Shown: positions 38,241 to 51,485, counted from the whole stretch's first letter. The stretch is DNA of 63,247 bases, filler included, from Octopus bimaculoides (GCF_001194135.2; 4 parts of 4 records of this genome joined end to end with filler, not necessarily neighbours in it); one strand, 5' to 3'. The notes: generated by a model from the letters alone, not told the origin. Program-made: numbers and translations.

Positions 38241-39097
38241 TTGTTCTGATGACCAAATCAAAAGCACACCAGGCTACAGATTTTCATTCGTTTCTATTAA
38301 CATTGGTGCGTCTGGCTATGTTACAACTGGAGACATACACAAATTGAATGTTGTTAGCGTTTAGAATTACCTCCTTCCGTTTTATACTTTTATCCTCTAA
38401 ACTATTTGCATTTCTTTTTGCTAACGCAATATATCTCTACTTTCTTAGGATGCTACTATGCATACTATATCAGAATGAAATACAGAATGGCTACAGCTGA
38501 AAGGCTTTGATCATTGGTCTCATCAGACCTGGCTTGGGGTATATGAAAATAACAACAATTACTTCAACAACAATTACAGCAACAACAACAACAACAGCAA
38601 ATACCTTTTCCTGATTTGATTTTTCACGCTCTCGTTTTCCATTCGAATATTCTACAAAGATATATCATGTCATTTCCAGGGCACAATGTCATATCGTCTG
38701 AAAGACTCTCAATAAATCCAACCGTTCGATTAACAGAGTAGAGATAAAATTTGACCTTGTGCAATTTTCCATTCAACGCTTTAGCATAGGTCAGTATACC
38801 TTATTAACTCGCATCATTATCAGACTATCAACTAAAAGCAGACGTCTATGCATAATTTCTAATGCATTATATTGTCTGTTTTCATGTGTATAATGTTTTT
38901 ATATTAAATGATGTTTGTGAAAATTATTGTGGCAGATAAATGCATATTGTTTCTGCTTCAACTGATAAACATCTTCCTCGCTAGTTGAACATAATTGTAG
39001 TAGAGTTAATTATAGTACAACTCGTAAATATGTTAATAGCCTAACAAAGAATACACACATATATAGATGAAAAATGTACACACACACACACACACAC

Positions 39098-39267
39098 ACG
39101 AGGTGAGTGCTGAAAAGTTCCTGGCTTTGGGTAAAAGAAACTGTTGAATGATCAATTAATTATGATTTTATTCAACATATTCTCCTCTCAGATTAGCACA
39201 CTTATCAGTTTTTCTAAGCTCTGTAAAAAAACTCTGAATGTTGGGCTTCCGATCAGGAACTTTTCAT
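39098..39267. mobile_element. Mariner-derived MITE (same family as 12732)
   Basis: acgaggtgagtgctgaaaagttcctggctttggg ... caggaacttttca. Confidence 0.8.
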
Positions 39268-39923
39268 ATCTATCTATCTATCTATCTATCTGTCTGCCTG
39301 TCTGTCTGTCTAATTTTATTGTAAATGGCTTTTGACATATATATTTTTGAAAAATTATATATATATTAGNNNNNNNNNNNNNNNNNNNNNNNNNNNNNNN
39401 NNNNNNNNNNNNNNNNNNNNNNNNNNNNNNNNNNNNNNNNNNNNNNNNNNNNNNNNNNNNNNNNNNNNNNNNNNNNNNNNNNNNNNNNNNNNNNNNNNNN
39501 NNNNNNNNNNNNNNNNNNNNNNNNNNNNNNNNNNNNNNNNNNNNNNNNNNNNNNNNNNNNNNNNNNNNNNNNNNNNNNNNNNNNNNNNNNNNNNNNNNNN
39601 NNNNNNNNNNNNNNNNNNNNNNNNNNNNNNNNNNNNNNNNNNNNNNNNNNNNNNNNNNNNNNNNNNNNNNNNNNNNNNNNNNNNNNNNNNNNNNNNNNNN
39701 NNNNNNNNNNNNNNNNNNNNNNNNNNNNNNNNNNNNNNNNNNNNNNNNNNNNNNNNNNNNNNNNNNNNNNNNNNNNNNNNNNNNNNNNNNNNNNNNNNNN
39801 NNNNNNNNNNNNNNNNNNNNNNNNNNNNNNNNNNNNNNNNNNNNNNNNNNNNNNNNNNNNNNNNNNNNNNNNNNNNNNNNNNNNNNNNNNNNNNNNNNNN
39901 NNNNNNNNNNNNNNNNNNNNNNN

Positions 39924-40000
<77 letters not shown>

Positions 40001-40017
40001 CAATCTGTGTATCATAC

Positions 40018-40223
40018 TTAAAGCGGATACATCATTGGAAGTCTGATTTATAGTGGTATTTGTCTTGAAGAAGCATATCTTATAAGCATAAAGTGTTAAA
40101 TCACACAGGAATATATCAGTAGCTGACAGAAATCGTCCAGCAGCGTTGGTAACATTGTTAAATGAGCATCCATCCTGCCTCCTTGGATTTTTTAAGTAGT
40201 AAATATCCACTTGTAGCCGCATG
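40018..40223 (-). CDS. Candidate exon (MRLQVDIYYLKNPRRQDGCSFNNVTNAAGRFLSATDIFLCDLTLYAYKICFFKTNTTINQTSNDVSAL)
   Basis: Acceptor ttttgccttag and donor a|gtatga. 68 open codons with three N-x-T sequons. Not linked to other exons. Confidence 0.35.
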
Positions 40224-40680
40224 CTAAGGCAAAATTCTTCGTTACTAATATAGCAAAAACAGCGAATGAAAACTCATTGATGTCGCAATTAGGCGACAAG
40301 CTGAATAAAAATTCGTTATGTATGACAGCTTCTGTCGCACATAGCGAATTATTAGATATATTTTTGTATATATATGTGTATTTATATGCACCTCTGTATG
40401 TGTGAGTGTGTAATAAAGTTTCGTTGCTTTCATTAAGAAATATCATTCCTACGGAAAACAATAAATAATTACATACATATTAGAAGGTGTAGTTTTTAGT
40501 TTCCAGTTTTCACTTCCTCAAATATTTAAAGTACATACGCAGTGAGACAATGCAAATTATTGCATATATCTGGGGATTGGGTAGGGAATATTCAGTACAT
40601 AATTTTGTGTGTGTATATATGAGGAGAAGCTGAATTTTTTTTTATCGTATTTTACTTTTCGTGTTATATTTTACATCTGT

Positions 40681-41010
40681 GAAGGCGAATAGCTCAGGGG
40701 ATAGAGCTTCGGGCTCACAATCATGAGGTAGTGAGTTCAATTCCTGAACCGAGCTGTATTGCGCTCTTGAGCAAGACACTTTATGTCACGTTGCTCCAGT
40801 TCACTCAGATTTACAAATTAGTTGCGACGTGACTGGGGCTAAGCTGTATCAACCTTTGCCTTTCCCTTGGATAACGTTGGTGACGTGGAGAAGAGAGGCT
40901 GGAATGCATGGGTGACTGCTGGTCTTCTATAAACAATCCTGTCCGGACTTGTGCTTCAGAGGGCAATTTTCTAGGTGCAATTCCATGGTCAATCATGACC
41001 GAAGGGTGGT
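40681..41010 (+). mobile_element. tRNA-derived SINE
   Basis: A-box-like tagctcagggg and B-box-like gagttcaattcc, followed by about 250 bp of non-tRNA body. Confidence 0.75.
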
Positions 41011-41562
41011 GGGTGGTTGTCATAATTCATAACAATTTTACTTCCACGTTTCCAGTCAATGAAACGATTAAAATAGAGGAGTGTAGCAATGTGTAAGCAA
41101 AAACATTCGCAAACTCAATGATATAGTATAAGTTAAATTTGATTGTTTATTGAGAAAACTGTTAAGTTTTAATTTCCTTCTGTCACATTGATCTGGAAGA
41201 AAGGACTGTACCAGATATCTCGACAAGAACCCTTGAGCCAGTAAGATCAATATGTCACGCATTTAGGTTTTCATTACGGTGTCACGCCTCTAACTTTTTT
41301 TTACAGCATGCAATCAAAACTTGATGTCTTGACGGTTCATTATATTTCGATGCGATTATAAATATTCTCGCTAATAAATTGTTTCGTTGCTTCCATACTC
41401 TTCTCTTCTAATTCTAAATATAGGAAACACGAACATTAGCTTTTAATGAAATATGCACACTATAATTTATGCATTGAATACCCATTTTGTAGACAAAAAT
41501 TTCACCAATCCACACATACACATTCACACGCGCGCGCGCACACGCACACACGCACACACATG

Positions 41563-41639
<77 letters not shown>

Positions 41640-41989
41640 ACACAAGCATACACTTATGCAGAAATTTATTACGTAGATAGTAATATATCTCTCTCTTATC
41701 TTTTTATTTCTATAGTTTTCTACAGACGTTAAGTCTATTAATACGTTTGGACTTCACACAAGTTAATTGAAACTTAAATAAACTTTAGTGAAATGGAATG
41801 ACACCGGGAATCTGTACAATTTGCGTAGAACAGGGAGGTAGTGTGATAGTGATGCAATAATCTCATTTAATATCATAGACGCACACACATACACGCACAC
41901 ACAGCTACGATCATTTATGCTAGCTGTAGTTAAGCCCCAGGTAAGCCTCAAATCAAGTTGCTTTTTAATCTCTGTATCATATTGTAAAT

Positions 41990-42376
41990 GGAGGCGCAAT
42001 GGCCCAATGGTTAGGGCAGCGGACTCGCGGTCATAGGATCGCGGTTTCGATTCCAACACCGGGCGTTGTGAGTGTTTATTGAGCGAAAACACCTAGAGCT
42101 CCACAAGGCTCCGGCAGGGGATGGTGGCCAACCCTGCTGTACTCTTCCACCACAACTTTCTCTCACTCTTACTTCCTGTTTCTGTCGTGCCTGTAATTCA
42201 AAGGCTCAGCTTTGTCACACTGTGTCACGCTGAATATCCCCGAGAACTACGTTAAGGGTACATGTGTCTGTGGAGTGCTCAGCCACTTGTACGTTAATTT
42301 CACGAGCATGCTGTTCCGTTGATCGGATCAACTGGAACCCTCGACGTCGTAAGCGACGGAGTGCCAAAAAAAAAAA
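41990..42376 (+). mobile_element. Full-length tRNA-derived SINE with A-tail and 12 bp TSD
   Basis: Head tggcccaatggttagg...ggtttcgattcc. TSD atcatattgtaa at 41976-87 and 42377-88. Confidence 0.95.
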
Positions 42377-42699
42377 ATCATATTGTAAGGCTACATTTTC
42401 TAATAAGTCAATTCTGATTTTATGACGTTGTTTTATGATTTGATGAATATTTGTCTTATTTTTTCTTACAGTTCGAGCGAGCGTTGAGGTTAACACTCGC
42501 TAACGCTGCGTGTATGTGTTTTTCAAAAGTTTTACATCGCACATTGTTGACGTCACACATTGTTGACGTCACACATGTGTGAAAGGACCCTTTCTTTAAA
42601 GTGTGTATGTAAGTATGCGCGTGTTCACGTATGCATGTGCATGTATGCGTATGTGTATTTATGTGTGCTTGTAAGCATTTATGTATGTGTCTGTGTATA

Positions 42700-43480
42700 T
42701 GCACAAGACAAAGCAGTAGCAAAATTACTTTTTAAACTAATGGATGAATTTTTCCTGACACAGCTAGTGTTCGAACCAACAAGACAGAATAAAACGACCT
42801 TGGATCTAATGTTAACCAACCACTCTAGCTCCATTTACAGTATTTCAGTTGAAAAATCTCTCCTCTCGGACCACGACATGATACTCTGCAACTTTAATTT
42901 CCGGCATATCAAGACCAAACTAGCCAATCCCACTCCACTGCACTTATTTGGCAGCATAAACTTCCATAAAGCAGATTGGGGAGCAATCAGAAAGAATCTG
43001 TCCTTTACTAATTGGTCCTTCACTCTCAGTTCTACTGACATTTAAACCACATAGCAGCACTTTGAAGACATTGTCACCTATACATGCTCAAAACACGCTC
43101 CTACAAAATCCACTAACACACACAGAAACAGGCTCCCTAGAGAGAGAGAGAGAGAAAAAAAAACACTCATCCAGTGCATCAAAAGACTTAATAAAAAAAA
43201 GTCAACCAGTTAAAATACTCCCACATACAACATCCACATTCAACAACTATGAAAAGGCTGGAGTTGGAAAAACGTCATCTGCAGACCAACATGAAAATCT
43301 CCATTGAAAATCGAAGCGCTGCAGATGAACAGTGGATAATAATAAAAAAAATCAAACAAAACCCAAAAGTGTTCTATTCATATGAAAATAAGCATAGGAC
43401 TGCTGTCGCACCCATTGGTCCATTGATCGATGGTAACGGCATTCTCCAACATGATGCCAAAGTTTCGTTTTTGTTTTCCT
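42700..43480 (+). mobile_element. CR1-like LINE fragment (APE endonuclease C-terminus and linker)
   Basis: LTQLVFEPTRQNKTTLDLMLTN...SISVEKSLLSDHDMI...NFHKADWGAI. Confidence 0.85.
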
Positions 43481-44170
43481 AATATAATGTTCGTTGCATC
43501 GTGGGCATGTGATACAATATGTCAGATTTTTGCTTTAACAGTTCATATTTGCATTCACCCTTAATTCTTTTCCATTCTTGAAATTTTTGGCTGGTCCTTG
43601 TTCTATTAAATCACATGTTTCACATCGGGGTCTCCACATTTGGTAACGCATCGTTTCTTCCTCTGATGCAAATCTTGCTTTGGTTAGCAGTTTCTTAAGA
43701 TTTGCTAGTTGCCTTCGGCTGTTGATTATTTGTTGTTCGTTGATTATTTGTCGGAGACATGGGGACTGGTGTAGAATTGGTAGAAGGCGTTTGGCTGTTG
43801 GTAAAATATTTTGGTTCTTGGGATTGTGAGTGATAAGAAATGGAATATTTTATGTTCATTTTCCCGTTTATCCTCAGTGTGAGTGTTTTTTCTTCTTAGT
43901 GTAGAGATTGGGATATTTTTAGCTTCAGTTATCGCTTGGTCTATTAGTTTGGTGGAGAACTTTTGTTTTTAAGGAAATACGTCTTTCTCTTCTGTTTGTC
44001 TCCGAAACGACTGTACATATTCGTTTTACTATATTAAAGGGTATGATATATATACATATAAATATAAATATATATAGAATATGTGTTGAAGCATATTCTG
44101 TTGTGTCTGGGGAGAGTCATTTTCTTTTTGTGCCTTATAATTTAACACACTCACCGGTAAAATTTCCACT
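43480..44170 (-). mobile_element. Penelope-like element, GIY-YIG end
   Basis: Minus translation gives VTKCGDP..CETCDLIEQG...NANMNC*SKNLTYCITCPRCNEHYI. Confidence 0.8.
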
Positions 44171-45546
44171 TATGAATTCGTTTCTTTGAAAGATGTCAGC
44201 TGTATGGATTTGAGAATACGGTAGTGTATGTGTAATTGTTATTATGCATGCGGTTATAGTAGCACTCATATTATGGAGTGTGAGTTTGCCTTTAGTAAAC
44301 AATGTGTGATACTTCTTTTGTATATGTACATGTGTTTTCACGTTTTATCCATATATATGATTGTGCACTCCTGTTCATTCTAGAAATTTTAAATAGAAAA
44401 TCATTTGAATGCTTTGCAAATCTTCACTGTACTTCCAATTGAGAAGTGTTTCAGGCTGTGTGTCAGTTTGTCTTGCTCTTTCTTAGAAGACCTCAGCATT
44501 TTCAGGTTTTTGTGCAAGCATGTTGTTATGTAGTCCAGTGCACTGTGATAATCGATACAGATGAAAACCTATAGCCTGGATACACAAAAAGTAAGTTTTG
44601 CATTAATTCCTCTTAAATACTCTGTTTTTCCTCACTTTTAAGCGAGACATTCATATCTTCTGGACAGTCGACCTGTTGTAGAAAAGTGCCTAATCTATGT
44701 TCCCTGTCCCATAGATGAATATTAGATACGTTGTGTTTACACCTAACTTCTGTTTCTATTGGAATGTTCTACTAGCATTCTTTATTTTTAAATGTGGTGT
44801 GCTTGTCAGGACTATTATTTCTGTAGGTAGTTTCTGTGACAACGTCATGTCTCATGGGAAGGTAGTACACTGGTTTCAAATTTTAATGCAAGGCCAGTAA
44901 TTTAGGGGAAAGGGGGTAAGTCGATTAGGTCTACTCTACTGCTCAGCTAGTACTTATTTTATTGAACCCTAAATGATGACAGGCAAAGTCGGTCTTGCTG
45001 GTACTTGAACGCAGAACGTAAAGACGGACGAAATGCCGCTAAGCATTTGCCCTGCGTGCTAACGATTCTGCCAGCTACCTTACAGAAAGGTAGTACACTG
45101 CGAATATTTTATGAGTAGCTGATTATAATGAAGAGGATGTCTTCTACATTAGTATGATACGACCGAGACTTTCCTTCACTGCGTGGAGGTTTCGAAGCAT
45201 CGTTATCTTTCTTATGCATAAAATATTTAGCATAAATTCATGATATTCTTCGAAATGGGATGTGATGTACCTTTCACTGGAAGAGGTCACTTTTTATGTT
45301 ATTAGTATTTCCAAATTTGCAAGATATCTAATCATGCATAACATTCTAATGATATGATTAATGTTTCTCTCCCGAGTAGGTCAATCCAGCTACGCCTAGA
45401 CCACATAGAATAGCTTTGCTCTCAGAGTACCTATTCAGGAATTATCTTATTCTCAAGTCGCTAGATTTTACTGTTGTGTGTACAGGTGTTGTACTCATTT
45501 CTCCTTTTACTGTTTAAATGATGTTCATTGGAGTGTATGCATGTTA

Positions 45547-45598
<52 letters not shown>

Positions 45599-45844
45599 GT
45601 CTGTCTGTCTGTCAGTCCGTCTGCCTGTCTGCCTGTCTGCCTGTCTTTAAACGGTGTGGTAGAAGTGAAGAAGAATTTTCCGAGGTCCTTTAATCAGAGT
45701 GTTTCATATAAATTGTCGGAATTAAGTTTGAAATTAACACTTATAAATCCGGCACTTTGTATGCAACACCCCGATATAATTCAGTTTCATGCTAGATAGC
45801 TTAACTGATACCAGTCTAATTAAAGGTTTAATTAACGAGGGAAA

Positions 45845-46540
45845 TACAACACAGCATAACACAACACAAAACTGTGCAACACTGTACATAATACACCGTA
45901 GCTTAACACAACACTACACAGTACAATAATGAGTAAAAGTGTAACGACGCGCAACACAACAGCTCAACGCATGATAAATACAGTACAATGCAGCGTAAAA
46001 TATTACTAACTTGCCTAGCACAACTAACTTAGCACAATACTGCGTTAATTTGTGAAGCACAAAATAGGCATTATACGGGGTAATGCAACGTAAGACAGCG
46101 TAACACAGTACAACATAGCAGAAAATAGCGTAACACGACGTATCACTGCCTAATACGAAAATAGCGTAACACAGCCTAATGCAATAAAACGACGTAACAC
46201 AGTGTAGCATAGTAGAACAAACCATAACGCAGTACAAAAGAGCGCAAGAATATGCAACATAACATAACACAAAGCAACAGTATGAAGCACCATGCAGCAG
46301 AACATGATACAGTATAAAATTAAGTAATTCAGTGCAACACTAAGTAGCACATTATAACTGCGTAGCACTATACGTAGCAACATAGCATGGCACATGAAAA
46401 CGATTTACAACATAGTTTGACTCAGAATAATGATGTGCAAAATTGCACAATAAAGTATAACACTATGCAACACAACGTTGTAAAGTATGGCATAAAACTT
46501 TGTGATTCAGTGCAACAATATATAGTACAGAAAATTTGCA
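45845..46540. repeat. Degenerate 5-bp-period satellite (AACAC/AGCAT/AGTAC/AATAC family)
   Basis: About 700 bp of A-x-x-A-C-type pentamers. It yields the Cys/Tyr/Val-rich pseudo-ORFs 45914..46270 and 46150..46395. Confidence 0.75.
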
Positions 46541-47039
46541 GCAATGCGCAATATGGCGCTATATATCACAGCTGTTGTGGGATTCGAATTTATCGAGAAA
46601 GATGAGCAAAAGCTTGTTACTTCTATTCATCCAGCAAAATTTTCCCAAATCCCTTTAGCATAAATACACGCACAATTGCGCACGCATTTGTGAGTGTGTG
46701 TGTGTGAACGATAATACTTAATTAAATAACGTACAAGACTACAAAAGATTTTATGTCTGTGCCAGCAGCACGACGTGGAATGAGTGTGGTGGTCAAGATA
46801 AGTTGTGAACGTTGAAGTCATAGAGAACGATTATGGTGGAGGGAAGTGAAGTGGGATAGATATCCTCGATGCAAGACAGGAGATGGTCGAAAAGTTGTTA
46901 GCGTTAAGAGTTCTGAGATTGGTAGAAGCAGCCAAGGATGGTTTGGAGCCAAAGTTAATGCAAATCTTTGCTGGCGATATCTACACGAGAAATTAACAAA
47001 ATAATCGTTCGACACATCGAATTGTATATCTTTTACCTT

Positions 47040-47240
47040 TTACTTGTTTTAGTCATTTGACTGCGGCCATGCTGCAGCCCCGCCATGAAGTTCTAGTCGA
47101 ATGTATCGGCCACAGTACTTATTCTTTTAAAGACTAGTACTTACTCTGTCTCACTTTTGCCGAACCGCTAAGTTACGGGGACGTAAACACATCAGCACCA
47201 GTTGTCAAGCTAAGGTGGGAGATAAACACAAACACAACAC

Positions 47241-47273
<33 letters not shown>

Positions 47274-47420
47274 TTTATACGACAGACCTCTTTCAATTTC
47301 CGTCTACCAAATCCACTCAGAAGGCTTTGGTCGACCCGAGGCTATAGTAAAGAAGACATGCCAAAGGTGCCATGCTGTGGGGCCGAACCCAGAAACATGT
47401 AGTTGAAAAGCAAGTTTCTT
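47040..47420 (-). mobile_element. SINE with internal (CA)n microsatellite
   Basis: gtcatttgactgcggccatgctg ... gccgaaccgctaagttacgggg ... (CA)n ... tttccgtctaccaaatccactca ... head. Confidence 0.85.
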
Positions 47421-48395
47421 ACAACACACCCATTTCTGCGCCTACATGATTGCATAGGAAGCAGAATTATCTTCAAGAAAAATAATTTTATTAGCTTTCG
47501 CTTTGACAACTTCGCAAATGTGCAGTAAATGTTCAATATCAATTTAATTCATCAACATTTTTCAATAATTTAATTCATTTAAATTTTTCAATAATTTAAT
47601 TCATTTAAATTTTGCAATAAAACAGGGGTACCCAAGTCTTATTGCATAGTCTGTATATAACCTTAGCAGCAGATTTCCAAATTATGTGACTCACCAATCA
47701 TTAAGAATTTTGAAATAAGAACATATAATTGTTCAGCATGCATTAAGGATTTTAAACACCTGGTTTAATCGGATTAATTAGTAAATACATCCTAAATCAT
47801 GTAACTGTCAAAAGCAGGAAAGCCACAAACCGTCGACAATAATAACAATACTGTAGTCAGTTGGTTCCAATAGTATTAACAACAAAAGGAATTGTTAGTT
47901 TATGCTTCCATCTTCAAACAATTATTTATCAGTGCATTAACATTTGCTAATGAATATTACATCAGCAACCATAGTGGCATAGAAATAATTACGCATGCTA
48001 GAAAAGAATACTATTTCACCAAATGTAGGCATATCCACAGAGTTTTCCTATCTAATTTCAACTGACCGATGAATGCAGATTATAGATAAAATGCTTTACC
48101 CTTGAGCTGTGTGTGTGTATTTACTGGTTGGCTAACGATTAAAGAACACTTAATTTAAACCGCCATTCGAGTAAAAACCTCTCCAATCGCATGTATTCGA
48201 AGAATACTCAATTTAGCATATACCGTTGCTTAGCACAACACTGCACCATACAATAGAATAGAAACCTCTCCAATCTCAGGCATTTGAAGAATACTCAATT
48301 TGATATAAAATGTAAGGTAATGGAAAATTAGTGATATTTCATTACTTTAACATACACATTTACACAACGCAAATTATTGAGTACCCTCAACTTTG

Positions 48396-48482
<87 letters not shown>

Positions 48483-49234
48483 CCGTTGTATGTGTATACC
48501 GATGTATGTGTATGAGTCACTACTCACTGCATAGCTGAATACCCCACCAAAACATAGATGAACTGATGCCGCGAGAAATTCTCACCCCATCACCCAGATA
48601 GAGAGGGGCAACCAACATCCTGTTCAAGTACGCGGTCCTAGAAATACAAATGGGATATCCAACTGATGTTTCCATATCAATATCATTTACCAGCTACATC
48701 AGGTGATCTACCAGTCTCAAATAGCCACCTTAAACTTGCTACATTCTGTCATCTATGCCTGACGAGCTAGGGTCATTTAACGAGCACAAGAAGCTTTTAG
48801 TTGTATACAGCCGAATCAAACTGTTATTAAATAATATATGTAATTCTTACCAAATGAGTTGTGTGTCACTTTGTTACGTTTGCCCACGTACTATATANNN
48901 NNNNNNNNNNNNNNNNNNNNNNNNNNNNNNNNNNNNNNNNNNNNNNNNNNNNNNNNNNNNNNNNNNNNNNNNNNNNNNNNNNNNNNNNNNNNNNNNNNNN
49001 NNNNNNNNNNNNNNNNNNNNNNNNNNNNNNNNNNNNNNNNNNNNNNNNNNNNNNNNNNNNNNNNNNNNNNNNNNNNNNNNNNNNNNNNNNNNNNNNNNNN
49101 NNNNNNNNNNNNNNNNNNNNNNNNNNNNNNNNNNNNNNNNNNNNNNNNNNNNNNNNNNNNNNNNNNNNNNNNNNNNNNNNNNNNNNNNNNNNNNNNNNNN
49201 NNNNNNNNNNNNNNNNNNNNNNNNNNNNNNNNNN

Positions 49235-49273
<39 letters not shown>

Positions 49274-50895
49274 ATATATGTATATGTATGTATATACATA
49301 TATATGAATATATATACATATATTATTGAAAGGAATTCCAACTCTGTTTTTTATGCTTTATTTATATTCTTATAATATTAATGTAGGATATAGAATATAT
49401 AGTAGGTATAGTAAAATGAAAAGTATTGATTGTCTTATTGAATAAATGAAATACTGAATATCAAATAATAAAGGACTAGTATACTTAATTGTCCCAGATA
49501 CTTCACAGCTAAATTATTTTATCGCCTACGGAATGATGAAAAACAAAGTTGACCGTGATGAGATTTGAAATCAAAGGCAAAGGTTTATAACAAATTTCCA
49601 CTAGATATTTTATGTGTTACTTTTCTGATTTGACAAATCTACCATCCCATATGAATGTTTATTTTTACATAGGCACAAGGCCCCAAATGTAAGGGAAGAG
49701 TATAGCCGATTAAATCAACCTCAGTTTATGACTGACGATTTAAATTATCGACCCTAGCAAGCTGAAAATGTAAAGCTTACAAGCTGGCAGGAACGGTAGC
49801 ACGCCGAATAAAGTGCTTAGCGTCATTTCTTCTGGTTCTTTACGTTCTGAGGTCAACTTTTCTTTTCTTCCTTTCAGGTCGATAATGTAAAGTACAAGTC
49901 AAGTACTGAGATCAATGTAACCGACTTGCTTCCGCTCCTAAAACTGCTGGCCTTGAATCCTTGAACGGTCAAGTATCCCTTTCAGCAGTAATGTCGTGAC
50001 CTTGTTCACTCATACCTCATAAAAACCGAGTAACTGACCTTATGAGTCCTTGGGGCTGGATAAAAATGAGGAAATGAAATGGCGACCTAGATCAGCGGAA
50101 TTTGGAATCAGAAAGTATGTACCGCAGCATATTTTATCTACCGCTTTATTAACACCTTCCCCTATGTGTTGTAAAATTCACTTTTAGCACTTCTGACACT
50201 ATTACAAATTTGCAGAAGGAATATTATAGATGGTATCAATTCACGTTGATTTCTAATACTTATTTTACGGTTGGTAGCGGAGAATAATAAAAAAAAAAGA
50301 CGATCCCACTAGGATTCGAACGCATAACAAAATACTGCAAAGCATTTAAACCTTTCTACATTTTCTGTCAGTTCACATTCTTTATATATCCAGATATGTC
50401 TTCAGCAATAATATCTCTTTGTTAGAGTGGGCCATGGTGCCCCATATATGACTAAAAGACTTCACCAGGTGGTGCTATTAAGTTAGACATGGCCTGGGTC
50501 TATACTGGCCGAAACCTATGAAAGTTATCAGAGTTATATCCTAATATTTGTAAGCTTTTCTTGACAAAGAAACTTTGAACACTAAATAATAAACAATGCT
50601 AGTAAGCTCGTTGGATATGCTACATTGGGGCAACATTCATAGAATTGATTTGCTTTTTTGCAAGAATTTGCCTGAACACGACTAATGGTGATTAATCAAT
50701 GAACTCTGTTAATCCTCTCAAATATATAATATAAAACTTAAATTTCAATCCTTATATATTTCGAAAATATTCAAACTTAAACCATAAAATATATAATCAT
50801 GCAATTTACTCCGCTTCCTAAAATTTCTGGTCTTGTGCCAAAACTTAAAGCCATTTTTATTACTGTTACCTTAGTATAGTTTATTGTGATAATGT

Positions 50896-51485
50896 GGATC
50901 TTTTTTAAAAGGGGGGCCACATTTTTCATTAACGAAACACTTTGAAACTTGGAACACTGGTAGAATGTGTCATATAAAACATCTTTTTCTCTTAGTCTTC
51001 TTAAAAAAAAAAGAAATCCATAAATTATTCCATGTTAAAGTTGTCGTATTTCTGTAATTTCAACCAATCACTGACGTCCATTCAGCCGATATACATTAAG
51101 CGCCGACTACATAAACAAACGATTCTGAAACAATTAACCCTAACCCTAACCCTAACTCTAACCCTAACCCTAACCCTAGGGTTAGGGTTAGGGTTAGGGT
51201 TAGAGTTAGGGTTAAAGCAAATTTAAAATGAAAAAAGCAAATAAAACGAAGAATCGTTTGTTTATGTAGTCGGCACTTAATGTATATCGGCTGAATGGAC
51301 GTCAGTGATTGGTTGAAATTATCGAAATAAGACAATTTTTTACATGAAATAAATTCGAATACAAAAATATTTTTCTGTTCTATAACACAAAATAGATAAG
51401 TATACGAAGTTTGAAAGTCTTTCGGTACCAAAAACACTACGTAAAACATTAATGAAAAATGTTGCCCCCGTTTTAAAAAAGATCC
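50896..51485. mobile_element. MITE-like element with nested inverted repeats and a central telomeric-repeat palindrome
   Basis: Outer TIR ggatcttttttaaaaggggggccacatttttcattaa / ttaatgaaaaatgttgcccccgttttaaaaaagatcc. Inner IR of about 72 bp. Core is (taaccc)7-ta-(gggtta)6. Confidence 0.85.

Noticed and set aside
41990-42065. tRNA genes (also 40681, 36367, 53240, 62730)
   Set aside because: The tRNA-like heads continue into repeated bodies with tails and TSDs, so they are SINEs.
47957-47997. Terminal exon of the Cys-rich gene (ACVIISMPLWLLM*); also 50505 (FGQYRPRPCLT*)
   Set aside because: Both are phase-compatible but too short to distinguish from chance without transcript data.
48176-48301. 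Small local duplications (about 40 bp twice here; 26 bp three times at about 47555; 16 bp twice at about 42540)
   Set aside because: Ordinary slippage duplications with no further structure.
50470-50520. Hammerhead ribozyme (tggcc...ggccgaaac)
   Set aside because: The CUGAUGA catalytic core is absent.
51135-51214. Ancient chromosome end-to-end fusion site
   Set aside because: Fusion scars read (TTAGGG)n->(CCCTAA)n. This is the reverse orientation and is embedded in TIRs.
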